This document shows, one piece after another, positions 9,508 to 17,349 of a stretch of 64,000 nt of DNA. The position numbers and the translations under genes are program-made. The notes under the pieces are model-generated. The model was given only the letters and a program-made list of their open reading frames with translations, searched no databases and had not been told where the DNA came from. Position 1 is the stretch's first letter. Each line of letters starts with the position of its first letter. Origin of the DNA: a virus (lineage: Duplodnaviria > Caudoviricetes); IMG/VR virus record IMGVR_UViG_3300009508_000001, positions 37,616 through 101,615 of that record; one strand, given 5' to 3'.

Positions 9508-9548
9508 TTAAACGCATAAAGTAGTTACGCACTTTATGGAATAAAATG

Positions 9549-9890
9549 TTACCCTTTAACATTGCTTCTTATGGACTTTTAGCACAGATTATAGGTAAGA
9601 TGACTAATATGATACCAAAAGGTATTATAGGTGATTTAAGCAACGTACATATTTATGAACCTCATTTAGATGCTGTTAAAGAGCAGTTAAGTAGGGATGT
9701 TGATAAGTATGGTGATAGTGAATTAATGATTAGTACATTAACTCAAACTAATTTAAATAATGATAATTTTAAAAATAATGATATTATGAGGCATATTGAT
9801 AATGGTAATATTGATATTAAAGATTTTACATTATTTGATTATAAATCATACCCAAGAATACCAGCAGAAATGTTGGCTTATAGTAATTAA
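9549..9890 (+). CDS. thyA: Thymidylate synthase, exon 2 (spliced product about 389 aa)
   Basis: LPFNIASY, NVHIYEPH, C-terminal YPRIPAEMLA. Confidence 0.93.
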   Translation, partial: LPFNIASYGLLAQIIGKMTNMIPKGIIGDLSNVHIYEPHLDAVKEQLSRDVDKYGDSELMISTLTQTNLNNDNFKNNDIMRHIDNGNIDIKDFTLFDYKSYPRIPAEMLAYSN

Positions 9891-9903
9891 AAACTAATTA
9901 AAA

Positions 9904-10506
9904 ATGAGAAATAATTATTCTTGTTATTATGGTATAAAAATAGAAGATAAAATATATGATAATATAAGTTCTTCAAGTAAAGTTAAATTTGAACATTTTC
10001 ATTTAGGAACTGCTTGTTGGTCAGGTTTACAAAGATTACCTTTAAAAACTAAATATATTTATATTTATAAATTTAATAATACTAAAGATTTACCACGATT
10101 AGTTCAATTAATAAATAATATAACGTCTTGTAAAATTGTTAAAATAAATAACAAGAAATATATTAGATATAAATTAATTGATTGGGATAAAGATAGAGTA
10201 AAAAATAGAGCTTGTTTTTTTTATTCTAAAAATCTTTTATTATTAAATATTATTAGATTAAATTGGTATAGAGCTAGTCAGTTTAATATTGATCAATTTA
10301 AAAAAGATATATTTAATAATTGTAGAGGAACTGATTCTTTATATTTTTTACTTAAATGTATAAAAGATAATGTAATAGATAAATCTCAAGGAAGAGGTAT
10401 TAATTTTGGAGATCATAGTCCTATATATAAAAATATAATCCTTAAAAAGAAAAAAGATTTATTTAAATATAAAGGTAATAGTATGCAAATATTTTTAACA
10501 AAATAA
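9904..10506 (+). CDS. Hypothetical protein
   Basis: 200-aa basic ORF with A-rich leader. Confidence 0.7.
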   Translation: MRNNYSCYYGIKIEDKIYDNISSSSKVKFEHFHLGTACWSGLQRLPLKTKYIYIYKFNNTKDLPRLVQLINNITSCKIVKINNKKYIRYKLIDWDKDRVKNRACFFYSKNLLLLNIIRLNWYRASQFNIDQFKKDIFNNCRGTDSLYFLLKCIKDNVIDKSQGRGINFGDHSPIYKNIILKKKKDLFKYKGNSMQIFLTK

Positions 10507-10573
10507 CAGCTCATTTTTTATTTATATAGTTGATGAAAATAATCTAAACAATTATTAACTATAAAATAAATTA

Positions 10574-11032
10574 ATGGGACAATTAGTATTTATTGTTGGG
10601 AAATCAGGAATGGGTAAATCAACTAGTGCAAGAAATTTAGATCCAGATAAAACTGTGATTATAAATTCTGATCAAAAAGATTTACCATTTCCTAAATTTC
10701 GTAGCAAATACAGTGAAGAAAAAGGAAATTACTTACAAACAAGTAATGTAGATGAAGTAATAACAAAATTAAAAGAAGTACAAAGTAATGATAATGTAAA
10801 TACAGTTATAATTGATACTTGGAGTAGGATGATGACTGATGGAGTAATGGCGCCTAGCTTTGTAAAAAATAAAGGTTTTGAAAAATGGGGTAATTTCTCA
10901 TTTAGTCATTATAAACTTATTAATATTATCAACGAAAAGTTGAGAGATGATTTAGTAGTATATTTATTTTGTCATCCTGAAATAGTATATGATGAATCAG
11001 GCTTTCCTAGAATGGAAATAGCTGTGCAGGGT
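10574..11032 (+). CDS. Sak4-like/AAA_24 P-loop ATPase, exon 1
   Basis: Walker A GKSGMGKS, Walker B VIIDT, LFCH. Confidence 0.85.
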
Positions 11033-11269
11033 TGATTAATGTTTGCCCTGATTAAACCTATTTAATTGCTGGAACGTCTTTAAGCTTATATAACTACAAC
11101 GTAATCATAAATGATAAGCGTGAATGTTTAAAAATATATAAGATTAGATAATCAGCAGCGAAGCTCTTTTAAAATAGAGAACGTTCACAGACTATCCCGT
11201 GAGGGAGTAAGTATAAATTATTAGTATAAAATTTATATTGAAAAAGTAGGTATTCACGAATTTTTGTTG

Positions 11270-11277
11270 TATCTTTG
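11270..11277 (+). promoter_or_regulatory. -7 element of a probable leaderless promoter for the intron endonuclease
   Basis: TATCTTTG lies 4 nt before ATG 11282; -33 element not clear. Confidence 0.5.
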
Positions 11278-11281
11278 TATT

Positions 11282-12055
11282 ATGAAGAAACAACTATTAA
11301 AATTTGTAAATATAGAAGAACTTAGTTCTACTGGTATTTACAACATAACTTTTAAAGGAACTAATAAAATATATATTGGTTCTACTATAGCAGGTTTAAA
11401 GTCTAATAAAATTTCTGATAAAGGATTTTATTGTAGATGGTCTAAACATTTAAGATTATTAAAACAAAATATTCATCCTAATAATTATTTGCAAAATGCA
11501 TTTAATAAATATGGTAATGATAATATTGAATTTAATATAATTAAAATATGTATAGATAAAAATAAAATAATAGAATTAGAACAATATTATTTAGATAAAT
11601 TAAAACCTTATAATAGAAAAAATGGATATAATATTCAAAAAAAAGCAGATAGAGTTGAACTATATAATTTAAATTTAAATAAAAAGAAAATAGTTCAGTA
11701 TGATATTAATGGTAACTTTGAAAAAATACATAATAGTTCTTTAGAAGCCTCTAAAGAATTAAATGTAACTTCAAGTTCTATATATCATTGTTTGCAATCT
11801 GATAATAGAATATGTAAAAATAAACAATTTGTATATTTTACTAAAAATTATCCTAAAAAAATAAAACCTTATATTAAAAAAGTTAAAACTAGAAAAAAAG
11901 TATATCAATATACTAAAGATAAAAAATACATTACTAATTATAATTCTGTTAAAAAAGCAGCAGAATCTGTAAATGGAAGTAGTGGTACATTATCTTATTA
12001 TATACGTAAAACTGGTTTTTTCAAAGGTTATTATTGGAGTTATGAACGTGAATAA
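11282..12055 (+). CDS. GIY-YIG homing endonuclease in the P8 loop, with NUMOD1-like repeats
   Basis: TGIYNI...IYIGST...RWSKH...LQNAFNKYG, GYNI; repeats IVQYD..G...S..EAS and VYQY......YNSVKKAA. Confidence 0.9.
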   Translation: MKKQLLKFVNIEELSSTGIYNITFKGTNKIYIGSTIAGLKSNKISDKGFYCRWSKHLRLLKQNIHPNNYLQNAFNKYGNDNIEFNIIKICIDKNKIIELEQYYLDKLKPYNRKNGYNIQKKADRVELYNLNLNKKKIVQYDINGNFEKIHNSSLEASKELNVTSSSIYHCLQSDNRICKNKQFVYFTKNYPKKIKPYIKKVKTRKKVYQYTKDKKYITNYNSVKKAAESVNGSSGTLSYYIRKTGFFKGYYWSYERE

Positions 12056-12097
12056 AGATATAGTCGGTATATATATGAAAATGTATATGTAAAAATG

Positions 12098-12310
12098 AAA
12101 CAAATTAAGAAATTCTTCCCAGAAAGTTTTTCAAGTATAGTACTTTATGCAGAAGCTGTTAAAAGTCCAGGAAATCCTGTTCAATACGTATTTAGAACAG
12201 TTACAGGAGGAGATGACACATGTAAGACACCAATGGGTATGTTTGAAGAAGAAAACATAGACAATGATCTTATAATAGTCAATAACGCTATAACAGAATA
12301 TTATTCTTAA
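12098..12310 (+). CDS. Sak4-like ATPase, exon 2 (spliced product about 223 aa)
   Basis: PESFSSIVLY...TCKTPMGMF...IDNDL is the usual C-terminus of this family. Confidence 0.85.
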   Translation, partial: KQIKKFFPESFSSIVLYAEAVKSPGNPVQYVFRTVTGGDDTCKTPMGMFEEENIDNDLIIVNNAITEYYS

Positions 12311-12373
12311 AATTTATATAAGTCGATGAAATATAGTCAATAATTATTAACTATAAACTTATAATAAAATTTT

Positions 12374-12985
12374 ATGATAAATTTAAATGAAATTTCACAA
12401 CAAAATAATAACAATGATGAAGATAGAAAACCTATCTTTAATGAAGGAATTGCTGGTAGAGTAAAAGACGTAAGAGTACGTGTTGCTAAAAGAACAGCAG
12501 AAGAGAAAGAAAATGCACCACCATATAAAATATTCTATGTAGATAATAATGGAGGTGAAGTAAATGATGGTATTTACTATCCAGATGATAGTGGAAAAGG
12601 TAATCCTAAATTTGCATTGTCAAGATTAGTAAATTTACTACATGCTATTAACCCTTCTTTAATAGGTAAAGAACTTCCTGAATTTGAAGATTATAAACCA
12701 GCTGTTGATTTCTTAATGAAACAAATTGCTGAAGCTTCTAAAACAGGTAAAGTAAATGTATTTGTTAATTATGGTACAAAAGGTTATCCTAGTCAGTATC
12801 TTAATGTTAGAAAAATTAATTTTGTTGAAGCTGTAGATTCTTCAGATGAATTTACAAAACTTAAAGTTGCTGTAAATTCAAACTCTGATAAATCTCAGTA
12901 TGATGACTTAATGTCAAGAGTGGAAGAAACTTCTTTTGAAGAGACTTCAGCTGATCTACCATCAAGTGATGAAATAGATTGGTAA
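12374..12985 (+). CDS. Putative single-stranded DNA-binding protein
   Basis: Lies between Sak4-like ATPase and primase; acidic C-terminal tail ending DEIDW. Confidence 0.55.
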   Translation: MINLNEISQQNNNNDEDRKPIFNEGIAGRVKDVRVRVAKRTAEEKENAPPYKIFYVDNNGGEVNDGIYYPDDSGKGNPKFALSRLVNLLHAINPSLIGKELPEFEDYKPAVDFLMKQIAEASKTGKVNVFVNYGTKGYPSQYLNVRKINFVEAVDSSDEFTKLKVAVNSNSDKSQYDDLMSRVEETSFEETSADLPSSDEIDW

Positions 12986-12993
12986 TATAATAG

Positions 12994-13019
12994 AAGGGAG
13001 TGTAAAAGCTCCCTTTTTT
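12994..13019 (+). terminator. Intrinsic terminator
   Basis: AAGGGAGT-gtaaaa-GCTCCCTT followed by a T run. Confidence 0.8.
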
Positions 13020-13032
13020 ACTTTAACTAAAA

Positions 13033-14115
13033 ATGAAAATAAACTTGAATAAATTACCTTATGTAAATAAACCAATTATAAGTAGAGAAGTAATATTAAA
13101 AAATATAACTGAATGGGATATATTCAAAAAATATATTAACAATGATATTAAATTAAAAGAACCTTTTTCATCTCCTTTTAGAAAAGATAATACACCTAGT
13201 TTTGCATTATTTAGAAATTCTACTGGAGATATATTATATAATGATTTTGTATTGGGAGGAGGAGATGCTTTTCAATTTGTAAAATATTATTTTGGATATA
13301 ATAGTTGGTTTGATGTATATAGTAGAATAGCTGTAGATTTTTGGCTAGATAATATATATCATTGTAAAAATTCTATTAAAAATGAATATAAAAAGTATAA
13401 GCCTGAAACAGGTGCTAAACCTGTAAAAATAAATGATAAAGTAAAAATAGGTGTTACAGTAAGACCTTGGAAAGATTATGATATAAAATATTGGAATTCT
13501 TTTGGTATAGACCATATTACACTTTTAAAATATAATGTTTTTCCAGTTGACTATATTATATTTAAATCTAATAGTAAAGAAAAAACAGTAAAAGCTGATA
13601 AATATTCTTATGCTTATTATGAATTCAAAGATGGTGAAGCCACTTTTAAAATATATCAACCTTTTAGTAAATATAAATGGTTTAGTGATGTAAATACTTC
13701 TATATGGCAAGGATGGAGAGAATTACCTGTGTCTGATGAAATATTAATTTGGACCAAATCTCTTAAAGATGTAATGTCTATAAATGAAACTTGTAGATTA
13801 GCATCGGTATCTTTACAAAATGAAAAAATAAAACCTAAAATAAATGTAGTTAATGAATTAAAAAGAAGATTTGAAACTATATTTATATTATATGATAATG
13901 ATTTTGATAAAGAGTCTAATTATGGTCAGATATTTGCATCAGAATTATGTGATGAATTTAATATTATAAATATTAAAATACCTGATAAATATAAAACTAA
14001 AGACTTTAGTGATTTAGTAAAAAATTTTGGGAAAGAAAAAGCAAAAAAGATATTAACTGATTTAATTTCAGAAAAATTAAAAAAATTAAAAATTAACGAC
14101 AATTTACCTTATTAA
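13033..14115 (+). CDS. DNA primase (Toprim)
   Basis: SPFRKDNTPSF N-terminal motif, TKSLKDVM, Toprim LYDND, KDFSD. Confidence 0.85.
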   Translation: MKINLNKLPYVNKPIISREVILKNITEWDIFKKYINNDIKLKEPFSSPFRKDNTPSFALFRNSTGDILYNDFVLGGGDAFQFVKYYFGYNSWFDVYSRIAVDFWLDNIYHCKNSIKNEYKKYKPETGAKPVKINDKVKIGVTVRPWKDYDIKYWNSFGIDHITLLKYNVFPVDYIIFKSNSKEKTVKADKYSYAYYEFKDGEATFKIYQPFSKYKWFSDVNTSIWQGWRELPVSDEILIWTKSLKDVMSINETCRLASVSLQNEKIKPKINVVNELKRRFETIFILYDNDFDKESNYGQIFASELCDEFNIINIKIPDKYKTKDFSDLVKNFGKEKAKKILTDLISEKLKKLKINDNLPY

Positions 14116-14117
14116 AT

Positions 14118-14513
14118 ATGAATAAAAATATAAAAATAGCAGTTTACGGAACATTAAGAGAAGGTTATGGAAATCACGGAGTATTAGGTAATTCAAAACT
14201 TATTGATTCTGGATGGACTAAAGATAAATATAAATTAACAGCAAGTGGGATACCTTTTGTAAATTCAAAAGAACCTATTAGCAAGATTAAAGTTGAAGTG
14301 TATGATGTTACTCCTGAACAATTACCTATAGTAGATGGTCTTGAAGGTTATAGACCTGGAGATACCTCTAAAACAGGTTACTATAGAGAACCTGTACCTG
14401 TAGAACTTGATGGTGGTGAAGAAATAGAAGCTTCATTATATTTTCACGATGGAGCTAGTAATGCAACTTTAATTGAATCAGGTGATTATACTGATTATAG
14501 AAACAAATATTAA
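14118..14513 (+). CDS. Gamma-glutamylcyclotransferase (AIG2-like)
   Basis: AVYGTLREGYGNH, EVY, DGLEGY. Confidence 0.88.
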   Translation: MNKNIKIAVYGTLREGYGNHGVLGNSKLIDSGWTKDKYKLTASGIPFVNSKEPISKIKVEVYDVTPEQLPIVDGLEGYRPGDTSKTGYYREPVPVELDGGEEIEASLYFHDGASNATLIESGDYTDYRNKY

Positions 14514-14518
14514 AATAA

Positions 14519-14965
14519 ATGAAATTATATGTAAAAATAGAAAAAAAACCTAGATATATAAAAGATTTTATAAAATGGTTTTTTGAAAGTAGAAGATATG
14601 GATGTCAATATACTTATAAAAATTATGAGTGTAATCAACCTCATTGTATTTCTCTTCAAAGATCTATAATTGATTTATATAATGTTTGTAAAACTTATTA
14701 TTCTTCATTAACTAAAAAAAGATTTTTTACTATTCTTAAAAAATATCTTTTAAGTTCTAATGTAACAGGTAGATATTGTGGAGATAGACAAGGTTTTGTT
14801 TTTTATAATTCTGTTATAAGATTGGAATCACACGGTAGAGATATTAAATATCCTTTTTTAATAAAATTAAATTCTGTACCTCATAATAATTTAAATAAAA
14901 TGAAGGTAAAAGGTTTTAGAGAACCAGAATATAATTTAGAAAACTTAACAAAATTATTAAAATGA
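14519..14965 (+). CDS. Hypothetical basic protein in the amidoligase cluster
   Basis: 148-aa ORF; ATGA overlap with the ATP-grasp gene. Confidence 0.65.
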   Translation: MKLYVKIEKKPRYIKDFIKWFFESRRYGCQYTYKNYECNQPHCISLQRSIIDLYNVCKTYYSSLTKKRFFTILKKYLLSSNVTGRYCGDRQGFVFYNSVIRLESHGRDIKYPFLIKLNSVPHNNLNKMKVKGFREPEYNLENLTKLLK

Positions 14966-15864
14966 CTATAATTAAAAAGAAAAATTACACTAAGTTTAGA
15001 CCTATGGTTAGATCTAGACATCCTTCTCATTCAATATTAAGGTTAAAAAATAGAACTCTACCACTTTTACCATTTAAATCTATTATTAGATTAGGATCTA
15101 CTACAGATCAATCTGATACAGTATCTAATGGAGGTGATAGAATTGAACTTAATACTATTGATGCTATTAGAAATAGTAGTAGTAAGTTAAGAATGAAACG
15201 TTGTTTTGTTAAAGGAAAAGTTAAGACAGCTGTAGGTTACCTATGGTCTGAAAAACTTAACTTTATATTAATGGATTCAAATGAAGATTTAATATTATCT
15301 ATTAATGATCTTCAATATCCTATTATTTCTAAATCATTATTTGGTAGTAGAGGTAAAGGTAATACAAAACATAATACTCCTGAAGAATTGCAAGCTTGGA
15401 TGAAAGGTAAGAATTGTAAATCTTATATTTTTGAAAAGTATTATAATTACTCTAGAGAATATAGACTTCATGTAAATAGTGAAGGTTGCTTCTATACTTG
15501 TAGAAAAATGCTTAAAAGAGAAACTGAAGATGAAAAAAAATGGTATAGAAACGATGATAACTGCGTTTGGATTATGGAAAACTCAGAAACTGGGTTGTTT
15601 GATAAACCAGTTAATTGGGACGATGTTGTATTACATAGTGTTAAAGCCCTTAATGCTGTTGGACTCGATTTTGGAGCTGTAGATTTAAGAATTCAATCTT
15701 CTACTGATTCTAAAAATAGAAAAAGAGATTATTCTGAATTTATAGTTGTTGAAATAAACTCTGCACCTAGTTTTGGAGATAATCAAGAAGAATTAACTTT
15801 TGTTACTAAACAGTATATAGAAGAAATTCCTAAAATGTTAAAACTTAAATATGACAGAGCCTAA
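14962..15864 (+). CDS. ATP-grasp ligase (RimK/glutathione synthetase-like)
   Basis: GSRGKG, EYRLHV, GLDFGAVD, EINSAP. Confidence 0.87.
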   Translation: MTIIKKKNYTKFRPMVRSRHPSHSILRLKNRTLPLLPFKSIIRLGSTTDQSDTVSNGGDRIELNTIDAIRNSSSKLRMKRCFVKGKVKTAVGYLWSEKLNFILMDSNEDLILSINDLQYPIISKSLFGSRGKGNTKHNTPEELQAWMKGKNCKSYIFEKYYNYSREYRLHVNSEGCFYTCRKMLKRETEDEKKWYRNDDNCVWIMENSETGLFDKPVNWDDVVLHSVKALNAVGLDFGAVDLRIQSSTDSKNRKRDYSEFIVVEINSAPSFGDNQEELTFVTKQYIEEIPKMLKLKYDRA

Positions 15865-16531
15865 AAAAAATTTAGTAATACTAACAAATAAAAAATATTT
15901 ATCAATAGATGTTCAAAGATTTTTTCAAGATAAATATAATTGTACATTTTTAGATAGACCTAATAAAAAATATCCTTTGGCTAGAATTGATTTAATATTA
16001 TTTACTGGAGGTAAAGATGTGAATCCTTATATCTATAAAGAAGATAAGATTCATCATATGACTAGAGTTAATAATAGAAGAGATATTACTGAATCAGTAA
16101 TGTTTAATAAATATCCTGTTACAATACCTAAAATGGGTATTTGTAGGGGTGCTCAATTATTAACAGCTCTATCAGGAGGTAAAGTTATACAACATGTAAC
16201 AAATCATCTTTCAAGTCATAATATTATTACATCTGAAGGTAAAACTATTAATGTAATATCTACTCATCATCAAATGATGTATCCTAATAATATAGATTCT
16301 AAACATTACAAATTATTAGGAACTACATTAAAAAAGATATCTACTAGATATGAATCAGGTGAAGGAAAAGATTTCCCAGTGCCTAAAGATTTTAAAGAGC
16401 CAGAAATAGTATATTACAAAAATACTAGATCTTTAGCTATTCAAGGTCATCCTGAAAGAAGTTATTCAAGTAAAGGTTTTAAAGAATATAGTTATGAATT
16501 ATTAAACAAATTATTATTAAATGAGTTATAG
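15851..16531 (+). CDS. Class I glutamine amidotransferase / peptidase C26-like
   Basis: FTGGKDVNP, GICRGAQ, STHHQ, QGHPE. Confidence 0.9.
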   Translation: MTEPKKNLVILTNKKYLSIDVQRFFQDKYNCTFLDRPNKKYPLARIDLILFTGGKDVNPYIYKEDKIHHMTRVNNRRDITESVMFNKYPVTIPKMGICRGAQLLTALSGGKVIQHVTNHLSSHNIITSEGKTINVISTHHQMMYPNNIDSKHYKLLGTTLKKISTRYESGEGKDFPVPKDFKEPEIVYYKNTRSLAIQGHPERSYSSKGFKEYSYELLNKLLLNEL

Positions 16532-17339
16532 TATAAAAAATGTACTTATAGGATCAGATCCTGAAATTTTTATTAAAGACAAATCAGGTGAATTATCATC
16601 TGCAATTAATCTTTTTAAAGGTACGAAAGATAATCCTATAGATATAGGTAAAGGTTGTTTTGTTCAAGAAGATAATATTCTTGTTGAATTTAATACTCCA
16701 CCTACTAACAATTTAGAAGTGTTCTTAAAATCAGTAGACCATTCTAAAAATTATATAGAAACAATTTTAGCTCCTTTAGATAAGGAATTATATTATTCTA
16801 GTAGTGAAATAGCTACTAAAAAGATATTAGAAGATGAGAAAGCAAATATATTTGGTTGCTCACCATCTTATAATGTTTTAGATGAACAATCAGTTGAACT
16901 CAACATTGAATTATTATCAGAAGAAGATAGAAATTTAAGATCTGCTGGGATGCATATTCATATAGGTTATGAATATCCTGAGGAAGAAACTAACGATAGA
17001 TTAGTACTTTGTTTTGAACTGTTTGTTACTTTACCTTTAATTAATCAAGATTTAGATGTGCATAATCGTAGATTATTGTATGGAAAAATTGGTGATTCTA
17101 GAGATAAAGATTATGGAGTAGAATGTAGATCTCTAGGAGGTTATTTTCTACGTAATGAAGAATCTATTACTGATGTATGGAATAGAACCTTAAAAGCAAT
17201 TGAATTTGCAAATAATAGTAAGAAAACTAATAAAGAATTAAAAGAATTAGTAGAATCATGTTTAAACAGTGACAAAACTGTTAACTTAAAGAACTTAGAT
17301 AAAGTTCTTAATAACTTAAATGATAAACAATTAGCTTAA
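16521..17339 (+). CDS. phiEco32-like COOH-NH2 ligase (type 2)
   Basis: IGSDPEIF, EDNILVEFN, FGCSP, LRSAGMHIHIG, RRLLYG, YGVECRSL. Confidence 0.88.
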   Translation: MSYSIKNVLIGSDPEIFIKDKSGELSSAINLFKGTKDNPIDIGKGCFVQEDNILVEFNTPPTNNLEVFLKSVDHSKNYIETILAPLDKELYYSSSEIATKKILEDEKANIFGCSPSYNVLDEQSVELNIELLSEEDRNLRSAGMHIHIGYEYPEEETNDRLVLCFELFVTLPLINQDLDVHNRRLLYGKIGDSRDKDYGVECRSLGGYFLRNEESITDVWNRTLKAIEFANNSKKTNKELKELVESCLNSDKTVNLKNLDKVLNNLNDKQLA

Positions 17340-17349
17340 AATAAATTAA

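Larger units (their letters stand above)
8291..9548 (+). mobile_element. Group I intron in thyA (1258 nt) at the T4 td-equivalent site, with two ORFs
   Basis: IGS GUAAGCUGAGG (8296-8306) pairs with CCUCGGU|UUAC; P3 ACUAGU/GCUAGU; P 8322, Q 8352, R GAACGACUA 9146, S AAGAUAUAGUC 9210; P9 CUGCAUA-GUAA-UAUGCAG; ends G9548; restores DTFLG|LPFNIASY. Confidence 0.94.
11033..12097 (+). mobile_element. Group I intron in the ATPase gene (1065 nt)
   Basis: IGS UGUUUGCCCUG (11040-11050) pairs with CAGGGU|AAACA; P UUGCUGGAA, Q AAUCAGCAG, R CACAGACUA, P3 ACCUAU/GUAGGU, S AAGAUAUAGUC 12055; ends G12097; restores AVQG|KQIKKFFPESF. Confidence 0.92.

Noticed and set aside
9546-9548. ATG starts called for thyA exon 2 and for ATPase exon 2 (12095)
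   Set aside because: The G of each ATG is the intron's terminal G; the downstream sequence continues exon 1 in frame.
10527-10540. GATGAAA motifs as hammerhead ribozyme cores
   Set aside because: They lack the CUGANGA core and three-stem architecture; kept instead as a regulatory repeat.
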